Below, piece after piece: positions 1-8,341 of a DNA stretch of 64,000 nucleotides. Origin of the DNA: Bacteroidota bacterium (lineage in GTDB: Bacteria > Bacteroidota > Bacteroidia > Bacteroidales > FEN-979). Where the stretch lies: positions 418 to 64,417 of the forward strand of contig JBAXKG010000001.1 in the NCBI GenBank assembly GCA_037137455.1. Direction: 5' to 3'. The position numbers and the translations under genes are program-made. Under the pieces are notes generated by a model. The model worked only from the letters and a program-made list of their open reading frames with translations, searched no databases and had not been told where the DNA came from. Every line of letters begins with the position of its first letter. Position 1 is the first letter of the stretch.

Positions 1-1043
1 TCCATTTTGTTACCAATCAGAATCAGATTCCGTGATTTATCTTCGGTTATTTCCTTGAATTCTGATAAGGCCTCCATTACATCCTCAAAGGATTGTTCAG
101 TTACATCGAAAACATATAAAATTATTGCTGCATCGCTGATTTTCTCCCATGTTCGCTCAATGCCAATGGATTCGATTTTATCCTCTGCAGCCCTTAAACC
201 AGCCGTATCGATGAACCTGAAACTGTACCCGCCAATTACAATAGTATCTTCGATGGCATCCCTGGTTGTTCCCGGAATTTCAGAAACAATGGCCTTTTCC
301 TCATTCAGAATGGCGTTGAGCAAAGTGGATTTTCCTACATTTGGCTTACCTATTATGGCTACAGGGATACCATTTTTTATGACATTTCCCAGGCTGAATG
401 ACGAAACCAGAACAGTCAATTCTTCCTCTAACCGGTCAAGAAGGATATTCAGGTCGGCCCTGTCGGCAAAAATCATATGCTCCTCGCTGAAATCAAGCTC
501 AAGTTCAATAAGTGATGTAAACTCAATAAGTGATTGCCTTAACGCGCTGATTTTTTTTGAAAAACCACCCCGCATCTGCTGAATTGCCAAATCATGAGAA
601 GATCCTGAATGTGATGAAATCAGGTCGGCAACAGCCTCGGCCTGCGAAAGATCGAATTTCCTGTTCATGAATGCCCTGAGAGTAAATTCACCGGGCTTTG
701 CCAGCCTCAACCCGCATGAAAGTAAAAGCTCAAGCGTTTTCTGCTGAATATATACCGATCCATGGCATGAAATCTCGATCACATCTTCACCGGTATATGA
801 GTGAGGAGCCCTGAAAAGGCTTATAAGTACTTCATCAAGTATTGATTCTTCAGTTCCTAAAATACCCAGGTGGATCGTATGAGACCCGGCAGTTTTAATA
901 TCCAGGTTTTTTTCAGCAGGTTTGAATATACTACTTATCACCTCAAACGAGGCCTGACCTGAAAGTCTGATTACCGCAATGGCTCCCATTCCGGGAGCAG
1001 TTGATATTGCACAGATTGTATCGGTTGTTGAGATGATGCTCAT
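1..1043 (-). CDS. mnmE: tRNA modification GTPase MnmE (TrmE), C-terminal part cut by the window edge
   Basis: My own translation of the minus strand from the ATG (CAT at 1041-1043) gives MSIISTTDTICAISTAPGMGAIAVIRLSG... G-domain motifs GKPNVGKSTLLN, DTAG and GNKM (start of NKxD) run into position 1 with no stop. It is absent from the ORF track because it is open-ended. The + strand ORF 7..582 is its shadow. Confidence 0.9.
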   Translation of the reverse strand, partial: MSIISTTDTICAISTAPGMGAIAVIRLSGQASFEVISSIFKPAEKNLDIKTAGSHTIHLGILGTEESILDEVLISLFRAPHSYTGEDVIEISCHGSVYIQQKTLELLLSCGLRLAKPGEFTLRAFMNRKFDLSQAEAVADLISSHSGSSHDLAIQQMRGGFSKKISALRQSLIEFTSLIELELDFSEEHMIFADRADLNILLDRLEEELTVLVSSFSLGNVIKNGIPVAIIGKPNVGKSTLLNAILNEEKAIVSEIPGTTRDAIEDTIVIGGYSFRFIDTAGLRAAEDKIESIGIERTWEKISDAAIILYVFDVTEQSFEDVMEALSEFKEITEDKSRNLILIGNKM

Positions 1044-1121
1044 CGACAACGAAATTACGGCCTTTCTCTAATGAACAAAACAATTATTTCAATAATTATT
1101 TTTCTTTTTTCCAAAAGGGTC

Positions 1122-1129
1122 TACCTTTG
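1122..1129 (+). promoter_or_regulatory. candidate Bacteroidota sigma-A -7 element (TACCTTTG)
   Basis: Matches TAnnTTTG. It lies 110 nt upstream of the sucD ATG in the mnmE/sucD divergent spacer. Confidence 0.4.
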
Positions 1130-1239
1130 AAATTCAGAATTCAGTGTTTTTATATGGGATTAAATATCAGGTCAGAAAATTAGAAATGGTATAATAATTA
1201 ATTTGTCATTAGTCAGTAGTAATTTGTAATTTAAAGAAT

Positions 1240-2112
1240 ATGAGTATATTAGTAAATAAAGATTCCATTGTAATTGTTCAGGGTATCACCGGCCACGAAG
1301 GCTCCTTTCATGCCGAACAGATGATAGAATATGGTACCAACATTGCTGGTGGTGTAACCCCAGGTAAAGGAGGTATGATTCATCTTGGCCGCCCGGTATT
1401 TAATACTGTGGCTGAGGCGGTTAAAGCTACAGGCGCCAATGTTTCAATCATTTTTGTTCCGCCACCCCTGGCAACTGATGCCATTCTGGAGGCGGCCGAT
1501 GCCGGAATTGAACTTATCGTATGCATAACAGAAGGGATCCCTGTCAGGGATATGATTCCTGTAAAAGAATACCTTGACTCTCGTAATGTACGTATGATCG
1601 GTCCGAATTGCCCTGGAATCATTACCCCACCAAGTACAAAGATCGGGATCATGCCGGGATTTATTCATAAAGCCGGTTGCATTGGCATTGTTTCACGCTC
1701 AGGTACATTATCTTACGAAGCAGTTGACCAGATTACCAAGGTTGGATTGGGACAAACCACCATGATTGGTGTGGGAGGCGATCCCATTCCCGGTACAACC
1801 ATCCTCGATGCTGTGCAGCTATTTATGGATGATAAGGAAACTAAAGGAATTATTATGATCGGCGAAATCGGAGGCAACATGGAAACCGATGCCGGTTATT
1901 GGATTCAAAAGTATGGCACCAAACCGGTGGTCAGTTTTATCGCCGGGGCAACAGCGCCAAAAGGCCGTACAATGGGTCACGCAGGTGCGATCGTTGGCGG
2001 AAAATCAGATACCGCCGAAGCCAAGAAGGAAATACTTAGAGAATGTGGGGTTCGTGTAGTCGATTCGCCAGCCGACCTGGGGGTGGCAATGTTGGAAGCG
2101 CTGAACTTTTAA
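1240..2112 (+). CDS. sucD: succinyl-CoA ligase (ADP-forming) subunit alpha
   Basis: 290 aa. N-terminus is [23 protein letters not shown], CoA-binding region is present, and the phosphohistidine loop is [10 protein letters not shown]. No sucC is adjacent. Confidence 0.95.
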   Translation: MSILVNKDSIVIVQGITGHEGSFHAEQMIEYGTNIAGGVTPGKGGMIHLGRPVFNTVAEAVKATGANVSIIFVPPPLATDAILEAADAGIELIVCITEGIPVRDMIPVKEYLDSRNVRMIGPNCPGIITPPSTKIGIMPGFIHKAGCIGIVSRSGTLSYEAVDQITKVGLGQTTMIGVGGDPIPGTTILDAVQLFMDDKETKGIIMIGEIGGNMETDAGYWIQKYGTKPVVSFIAGATAPKGRTMGHAGAIVGGKSDTAEAKKEILRECGVRVVDSPADLGVAMLEALNF

Positions 2113-3518
2113 TTCTTTTTGACGTATTCATAAGCCCCCAGATCAGGCAATGATCCGCGATCATTACCCCGTATATCAAATGGAATGCCCAATGTCGCCC
2201 CGATATTTATTGCCGGAGACAGGCTGTCAATCTGGTAGTTGAGTTTCTGGATATCGACAAACCGGGGATCCTTATTAACGATACAATCGATAAATTTAAC
2301 CGGATTAGTGGCTTTCAACCTGGTTTTCAGAATAGCATGGTCGAAAGTATACTCAAATGCTACAGAAGCGATAGAATCAAGCATGATTTCCTCCTCATTG
2401 GAACCATAAAGAATAACGTTGCCAAAGTAAGCTTTCAACAATGGGTTGGATATTTTCTTTCCGGTTGTATCATAACTGTAATTGCTGAGATAAATTGATG
2501 GGGCATTCCGGACCGAAGATGACCAGAAATTCCCGACAGTTAATTGTCTGAAATCATAACTGCCGCCATAGTTGAGATCCACACAGGAACCACCGCAATC
2601 GCCGATCACACAATTCACCGATGTTATTGAGCTGCCATATGAAAAAATGCCGGCCGATGTCATGTTTTGAATTATGGAATTGATGATCGTAAGCATCGGT
2701 GTTTCCTGGATTCCCAGAGAATCAACCACGAAACCAAACGATCCGTTTTTGGTGTATAAGTAGTTTATTTCATGGTTTTTACTTCCCTGTTCAAGAAAAA
2801 TGCCTCCCCACTGACCTGGAAGGTCTTTGTAAAAAGGGTCCATGCGGTCGCCCTGGAAACGAACAGGGTGGTCAAGAGTTCCTGGAATTTTCAAAGTTGA
2901 CAGGAACGAAACAGCCATATAAGCATCCTTGTGAAAATAAACCTTTGTTCCTGGCATAATGGTCAGCGAGGAGTTTGTATCAATGCGAATGGATCCGTAT
3001 ATTACATGTGCTCTCAGGCTGTCCCAGATAATATTACCTTTTAATTTTGCTTTGCGATAAAAAATAGCGTCTTTTCCCCAAGCAACAAGCTTCACATTCT
3101 GCAGGCCCCCGTTTGTGCTGAATTCGATGGAATCACTTACCACATATGGAATACTTTGGTTATTCGGATCAATTGTGACCCGCACAAATATGTAGAGGCT
3201 GTCATCGCCTGCAATTTCGAGGTCTGTCGCGCTTACGGCCGGCGTACCGTTAATATTTAATCGGAACGGGGAACTCACACCGCCAGCAAGCCTCACATTA
3301 GAAACGCTGACCCTGTTTTTATTTGGGTTATAAATAACCAGCCGCTTGGTGATTGAGCCTGCTGTTGAAAAAACAGTATCAAAGAAAACTGTATCGGTCG
3401 AAAAAGAAAGCTGTAAACCTGGACTTGTGTCAACTTTATCTTTTTTTCGGCAGGAAAAAATAAATATCGATAAAAAACATATTAATAAAAAAAAGAAAAA
3501 CTTTAAAAAGCGAATCAT
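2109..3518 (-). CDS. putative lipoprotein with beta-helix-like C-terminal region, function unknown
   Basis: 469-aa ORF with a signal peptide and a lipobox-like FIFSC. The C-terminal ...[19 protein letters not shown] resembles the end of right-handed parallel beta-helix surface proteins. I recognised no catalytic motif. Confidence 0.6.
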   Translation of the reverse strand: MIRFLKFFFFLLICFLSIFIFSCRKKDKVDTSPGLQLSFSTDTVFFDTVFSTAGSITKRLVIYNPNKNRVSVSNVRLAGGVSSPFRLNINGTPAVSATDLEIAGDDSLYIFVRVTIDPNNQSIPYVVSDSIEFSTNGGLQNVKLVAWGKDAIFYRKAKLKGNIIWDSLRAHVIYGSIRIDTNSSLTIMPGTKVYFHKDAYMAVSFLSTLKIPGTLDHPVRFQGDRMDPFYKDLPGQWGGIFLEQGSKNHEINYLYTKNGSFGFVVDSLGIQETPMLTIINSIIQNMTSAGIFSYGSSITSVNCVIGDCGGSCVDLNYGGSYDFRQLTVGNFWSSSVRNAPSIYLSNYSYDTTGKKISNPLLKAYFGNVILYGSNEEEIMLDSIASVAFEYTFDHAILKTRLKATNPVKFIDCIVNKDPRFVDIQKLNYQIDSLSPAINIGATLGIPFDIRGNDRGSLPDLGAYEYVKKN

Positions 3519-3536
3519 ATATCTGTTTTAGGCCGC

Positions 3537-3544
3537 CAAAATTA
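3537..3544 (-). promoter_or_regulatory. candidate -7 element (TAATTTTG on minus strand)
   Basis: The plus-strand CAAAATTA is the reverse complement of TAnnTTTG. It lies 18 nt upstream of the start of the 2109..3518 gene. Confidence 0.4.
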
Positions 3545-3593
3545 AGTAATTATTAACTTTTATTTAGACTAACGATGAAAGCAGGGAAAATTG

Positions 3594-3601
3594 TACCTTT
3601 G
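3594..3601 (+). promoter_or_regulatory. candidate -7 element (TACCTTTG)
   Basis: Matches TAnnTTTG. It lies 53 nt upstream of the ATG at 3655. Confidence 0.45.
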
Positions 3602-3654
3602 CAAATCATTATTTTAGCCCTATATTTGGAAAATTGTAATGAAAATCAAGCAAG

Positions 3655-5598
3655 ATGAGTTACATCAATTTTGATAAAGGCCAACTGGTAAATTTAGAAT
3701 ACTCCTTAAGCCGCGAACTTTTGCGATCCAACAGGGCAGGGGCTTACGCGAACTCAACAATTATTAATTGTAATACACGTAAATACCATGGGATGCTTGT
3801 TACTATGCAACCTGGTATTGATCATGAAAATCATGTGCTTCTGTCTTCTTTGGATGAAACAGTGATACAGATGGATTCTGAGTTCAACCTGGGAATTCAT
3901 AAATATCCTGGTGGAGTCTACAACCCCAAGGGTCATAAGTATCTGAGGGACTTTTCTACCGAACCTTTTCCTAAAATGACCTATCGCGTGGGAGGGGTCA
4001 TTCTTTCCAAAGAGATGGTATTTACGACACGTGAAGACAGGATGCTAATAAAATATACTTTGGTTGATGCACATTCTCCAACGAAATTGAGGCTGAAACC
4101 TTTTCTTGCATTCCGGAATATCCACGCTTTAAGCAAGGAAAATATCTTTGCTGATAAGAAGTACGAAAAAGTCAGGCATGGCATTAAAGTTCGTATGTAT
4201 CAGGGTTATACGGACCTTTTTATGCAGATTTCGAAGCAAAATGAATATACTCATGTGCCTGATTGGTATTATAGTATTGAATACCAGGAAGAAATGGATA
4301 GGGGTTATGATTACCAGGAGGACCTTTATATCCCCGGTTTTTTTGAATTTGACATAAAAAAAGGGGAAAGTGTTTTTTTTGTGGCTGGAACGAGGGAAAT
4401 TAATCCTGCTTCAATAAGGCGCACATTTTCTGCTGAGTCTGAAAAGAGGATTCCGCGTAATAATTTCGACAATTGCCTGATCAATTCAGCTCAACAATTT
4501 ATTGTAAGGAAAGGAAAATGTACTGAGGTACTCGCAGGATTTCCATGGTTTGGGCGATCGGGACGTAGTACTTTTATCTCTCTTCCCGGACTAACACTTG
4601 TTAATGGTGACATTGCAACGTGTAAGAATGTAATTGATACTATGGTTAGTGAGATGAAAGGCCCGCTTTTCCCTAATCATGGTAATGGAAATAATACCAC
4701 TTACAATTCTGCGGATACATCCTTATGGTTTTTTTGGGCGCTTCAGCAATATGCAGAGTTTACGGGTGATAAAAAGAAAATTTGGAAAGAGTATGGCAAA
4801 AAAATGAAGATCATTCTCGATGGATATCGTCGCGGCGCCGACTTTAATATTCATATGGATTCTGATGGATTGATCTTTGCCGGCATACCTGGAATTGCCC
4901 TTACATGGATGGATGCCGTTGCATATGGCAAACCTGTCACTCCAAGAATTGGCAAAACGGTTGAGGTAAATGCCTTGTGGTATAATGCCATTTGCTTTAG
5001 CATTGAGGTTGCCGGACTTGCTGGTGATACTGCTTTTTGTAAGAAATGGGTGGATGTTGCAAACCAGGTACCTGTTTCATTTTTAGCTGCATTCTGGAGC
5101 CCCGAAAAACATTACCTGGCCGATTATATTGATGGTGAGTACAAAGACTGGGCAGTAAGACCCAATATGGTAATCGTTGCATCCATGCCGTATAGCCCGG
5201 TTAGCGAAGAGATCAGGAAAGAGGTATTGAGCCGGGTTAAGCAGGAACTTTTAACCCCGCGTGGACTTCGCACCCTGACACCTAAAAGTCCCGTTTATAA
5301 GGGATCATATTCAGGCAATACTTCCGAAAGGGAAGCTGCCTATCATCAGGGAACTGTCTCCCCGTGGTTACTCAGCCATTTCGTTGAAGGATACCTTGCA
5401 ATTCATGGTAAGAGTGGCCTGTCATTGATTAAATCATTGCACGAAGGATTTGAATCTGTAATGACTGAACATGGAATTGGTACAATATCCGAAATTTATG
5501 ACGGAGATCCACCACATACAGCCAGGGGCGCTATTTCACAGGCCTCGTCAGTTGCCGGATTACTTCGTATAGGTTATCTGATAAAAAAATATAGCTGA
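3655..5598 (+). CDS. glycogen debranching enzyme family protein (GDE N-terminal region + amylo-alpha-1,6-glucosidase-type (alpha/alpha)6 domain)
   Basis: 647 aa. Family-typical strings are GFPWFGRSGRSTFISLPGL, SADTSLWFFWALQQY, ALTWMDA and EIYDGDPPH. It is the first gene of a glucan locus. Confidence 0.85.
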   Translation: MSYINFDKGQLVNLEYSLSRELLRSNRAGAYANSTIINCNTRKYHGMLVTMQPGIDHENHVLLSSLDETVIQMDSEFNLGIHKYPGGVYNPKGHKYLRDFSTEPFPKMTYRVGGVILSKEMVFTTREDRMLIKYTLVDAHSPTKLRLKPFLAFRNIHALSKENIFADKKYEKVRHGIKVRMYQGYTDLFMQISKQNEYTHVPDWYYSIEYQEEMDRGYDYQEDLYIPGFFEFDIKKGESVFFVAGTREINPASIRRTFSAESEKRIPRNNFDNCLINSAQQFIVRKGKCTEVLAGFPWFGRSGRSTFISLPGLTLVNGDIATCKNVIDTMVSEMKGPLFPNHGNGNNTTYNSADTSLWFFWALQQYAEFTGDKKKIWKEYGKKMKIILDGYRRGADFNIHMDSDGLIFAGIPGIALTWMDAVAYGKPVTPRIGKTVEVNALWYNAICFSIEVAGLAGDTAFCKKWVDVANQVPVSFLAAFWSPEKHYLADYIDGEYKDWAVRPNMVIVASMPYSPVSEEIRKEVLSRVKQELLTPRGLRTLTPKSPVYKGSYSGNTSEREAAYHQGTVSPWLLSHFVEGYLAIHGKSGLSLIKSLHEGFESVMTEHGIGTISEIYDGDPPHTARGAISQASSVAGLLRIGYLIKKYS

Positions 5599-5613
5599 TT
5601 CCTTTAATGGAAT

Positions 5614-5648
5614 AAATCAAAAATCGTAAATCGTAAATCGTAAATTGA
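5614..5648. repeat. 7-nt tandem repeat AAATCGT (3 perfect units flanked by 2 degenerate units)
   Basis: Perfect units lie at 5621-5627, 5628-5634 and 5635-5641. Degenerate units are AAATCAA at 5614-5620 and AAATTGA at 5642-5648. The tract ends 1 nt before the GT4 start codon at 5650. Confidence 0.9.
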
Positions 5649-5649
5649 A

Positions 5650-6936
5650 ATGCGTGTTTTAATGTTTGGGTGGGAATTTCCCCCACATATAACCGGAGGA
5701 TTGGGAACAGCCTGTTTTGGCTTAACAAAAGGCCTGGTCAAGCAAGGTGTTGAAGTAATCTTCGTTGTCCCCAAAGCTTTTGGCGATGAGACCAAAGATG
5801 GATTTCGCCTGGTAAACGCCAGCGATGTCACACTTGATTTCACCCAAGCCTTGACCAAAGACCACTGGGAAAGGATTCAGTTTTTGGAAATTGGATCTAA
5901 CCTCGTTCCCTATCTTGACCCCGAAGAGTTTGAAATGGTTGTTAACAGAGACCAGATGACTGTAATACAGGATCAGCAATCTGTTTTTTCCAAACAATAT
6001 TCATTTTCAGGAAAATATGGCCCTAACCTGATGCAGGAAGTATCCCGATATGCTTTGGTGGCATCGTCAATTGCTTCAGCCAACACGTTCGATGTTATTC
6101 ATGCCCATGACTGGCTGACATATCCGGCGGGAATTGCTGCGAAAAAGATTTCTGGCAAGCCTCTCGTAGTCCATGTTCATGCAACTGAATTTGATCGTTC
6201 AGGTGAAAATGTCAACCAGCCGGTTTATGATATAGAGCGACAGGGAATGACTGAGGCCGATCTTGTGATTACCGTCAGCAATCTTACTCGTCAAATCGTA
6301 ATCGAGAAATATGGTATACCGCCTGAAAAGGTTATTACTGTTCACAATGCTGTTGAGCCTGTCGATCATCCCGAACTTGAAGGAGTTACCAAACATGTGA
6401 AAGAAAAGGTTGTTACCTTTTTGGGAAGGGTTACATATCAGAAAGGCCCTGATTATTTTGTTGAGGCAGCTCATAAAGTGTTAAAGAGAGATGGCAATGT
6501 GCGTTTCGTTATGGCTGGTTCGGGAGATCTGCTAAATCGTATGATACGCCGGGTTGCTAAACTAAAAATTGCAACCAAATTTCATTTTACCGGATTCCTT
6601 GCAGGACCGGAAGTAGATACGATGTTTGCAATGAGTGATGTATACGTAATGCCATCTGTTTCCGAACCATTCGGGATCTCGCCGCTGGAAGCCATGAGAT
6701 CTAATGTTCCCGTGGTCATTTCCAAACAATCGGGAGTTGCTGAAGTTTTACAGCATGCGCTGAAAGTCGATTTTTGGGATATCGATGCGCTGGCCGATGC
6801 CATTTATGGCATTCTCCATTATGAAGGCCTCAGTAAAATGTTTATTCGTTACGGCAAAACTGAAGTCGATAACCTGATTTGGGAAAATGCCGCCCTTAAT
6901 ATTTTAGAAGTATATAATAGAGCTGTTTATAAATGA
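5650..6936 (+). CDS. GT4-type (group 1) glycosyltransferase, glucan-locus associated
   Basis: 428 aa with a GT-B fold signature. The N-terminus has FPPHITGGLGTAC and the C-terminus has the PSVSEPFGISPLEAM (E-x7-E region). Confidence 0.85.
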   Translation: MRVLMFGWEFPPHITGGLGTACFGLTKGLVKQGVEVIFVVPKAFGDETKDGFRLVNASDVTLDFTQALTKDHWERIQFLEIGSNLVPYLDPEEFEMVVNRDQMTVIQDQQSVFSKQYSFSGKYGPNLMQEVSRYALVASSIASANTFDVIHAHDWLTYPAGIAAKKISGKPLVVHVHATEFDRSGENVNQPVYDIERQGMTEADLVITVSNLTRQIVIEKYGIPPEKVITVHNAVEPVDHPELEGVTKHVKEKVVTFLGRVTYQKGPDYFVEAAHKVLKRDGNVRFVMAGSGDLLNRMIRRVAKLKIATKFHFTGFLAGPEVDTMFAMSDVYVMPSVSEPFGISPLEAMRSNVPVVISKQSGVAEVLQHALKVDFWDIDALADAIYGILHYEGLSKMFIRYGKTEVDNLIWENAALNILEVYNRAVYK

Positions 6937-6940
6937 TCAT

Positions 6941-8338
6941 ATGAGATCCATCTGCCTTTATTTTCAAGTCCATCAGCCATTTCGCCTAAGGACTTACCGG
7001 TTTTTCAACATCGGACAAGATCATCATTATTATGATGATTATCAAAATCGCCATATCATTCGAAGGGTTGCAGAAAAATCTTACCTTCCTGCCAATAACC
7101 TCATGCTCGGTTTGATAAGGGAGTTTGGAACGGCTTTTAAGGTAAGCTATTCAATTTCCGGCACAGCCCTTGAACAATTCCAAACGCATGTTCCTGAGGT
7201 AATTAAAAGTTTTCAACAACTTGCTGATACGGGTCAGGTTGAATTTATTGCAGAAACTTATGCCCATTCACTTGCATCGCTTGGAAATAAAGATGAGTTT
7301 GTACGACAGGTTGAACTACATGCTTCATTGGTTGAAGAGTTGTTTGGAAAAAGACCAACGACTTTCAGGAATACCGAATTGATATACTCCGACAACATTG
7401 GTGAAATGGTTGCCGATATGGGTTTCCACACTATGCTTACTGAAGGCGCTAAACATGTTCTGGGATGGAAGAGCCCCAATTACATGTACTGCAATAAAAT
7501 TAATCCAAAGTTGAAAGTTTTGTTGAGGAATTTTCGCCTCAGCGATGACCTCACCTTCCGGTTCTCAAACCAGGATTGGTCAGAATGGCCTTTGACAACA
7601 GAAAAATTCGTGAAATGGTTAAATAAAATTGAGAAGAACGAAGAGGTAGTCAATCTGTTTCTTGATTATGAGACCATAGGTGAACATCAATGGAAGGAAA
7701 CCGGAATATTTGACTTCTTTAAACATTTGCCCTCTGCGGTTTTCTCTAAGTCTGATTTCTCATTCAATACACCGGAACAATTATATCATGAACTTCAACC
7801 CGTTGCTGCTATTTCTGTACCTCATCCCATTTCCTGGGCTGATGAAGAACGTGACCTTACAGCCTGGCTGGGCAATGAATTACAGGATGAAGCATTTGGG
7901 AAATTATACTCCTATGAGGCAAAAATCAGAAATTGTCAAAATCCGCAACTATTAAAGGATTGGCTCTATCTTCAAACCAGCAACCACTTCTATTATATGT
8001 GCACGAAATGGTTTTCAGCCGGTGAGGTACATAAGTATTTCAATCCCTATGGTTCCCCTTATGAGGCATTTATTAACTATATGAATGTGATTTCTGACTT
8101 TATGATCAGGGTTGACGAGAGTCTTAGCCAACTGCAAACTATAAAAACGGTAGAAAAAATTCTGCCATTATCTGAACCCAAAACTGCAAAAGCCAAAAAA
8201 GTTTCTGTAAAGGCGAAAATTAAGCCTGAAAAAAAAATTAAACCCGCGGCAAAATTGAAGTCTTCGCCCGAAAAAGTGGTCAAAAAGACAGCAAAACCAA
8301 AAACCGGATCAGCAAAAGTTGTTAAAAAAGCAAAGTAA
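6941..8338 (+). CDS. glycoside hydrolase family 57 protein with a lysine-rich C-terminal tail
   Basis: 465 aa. GH57 conserved regions seen are VHQPFR, GQVEF, FRNTE (candidate nucleophile Glu) and LDYETIGEH (candidate acid/base Asp). In the last 53 aa, 21 residues are Lys. Confidence 0.85.
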   Translation: MRSICLYFQVHQPFRLRTYRFFNIGQDHHYYDDYQNRHIIRRVAEKSYLPANNLMLGLIREFGTAFKVSYSISGTALEQFQTHVPEVIKSFQQLADTGQVEFIAETYAHSLASLGNKDEFVRQVELHASLVEELFGKRPTTFRNTELIYSDNIGEMVADMGFHTMLTEGAKHVLGWKSPNYMYCNKINPKLKVLLRNFRLSDDLTFRFSNQDWSEWPLTTEKFVKWLNKIEKNEEVVNLFLDYETIGEHQWKETGIFDFFKHLPSAVFSKSDFSFNTPEQLYHELQPVAAISVPHPISWADEERDLTAWLGNELQDEAFGKLYSYEAKIRNCQNPQLLKDWLYLQTSNHFYYMCTKWFSAGEVHKYFNPYGSPYEAFINYMNVISDFMIRVDESLSQLQTIKTVEKILPLSEPKTAKAKKVSVKAKIKPEKKIKPAAKLKSSPEKVVKKTAKPKTGSAKVVKKAK

Positions 8339-8341
8339 ACT

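Noticed and set aside
7-582. 191-aa plus-strand ORF from the ORF track
   Set aside because: It lies entirely antisense to a very well supported mnmE reading frame. Its translation is low-complexity (Ser/Ile-rich) with no motif, so it is a shadow ORF.
1131-1144. Direct repeat AATTCAG x2 in the sucD leader
   Set aside because: It has only two 7-nt units, which is easily chance in AT-rich sequence, and there is no further periodicity.
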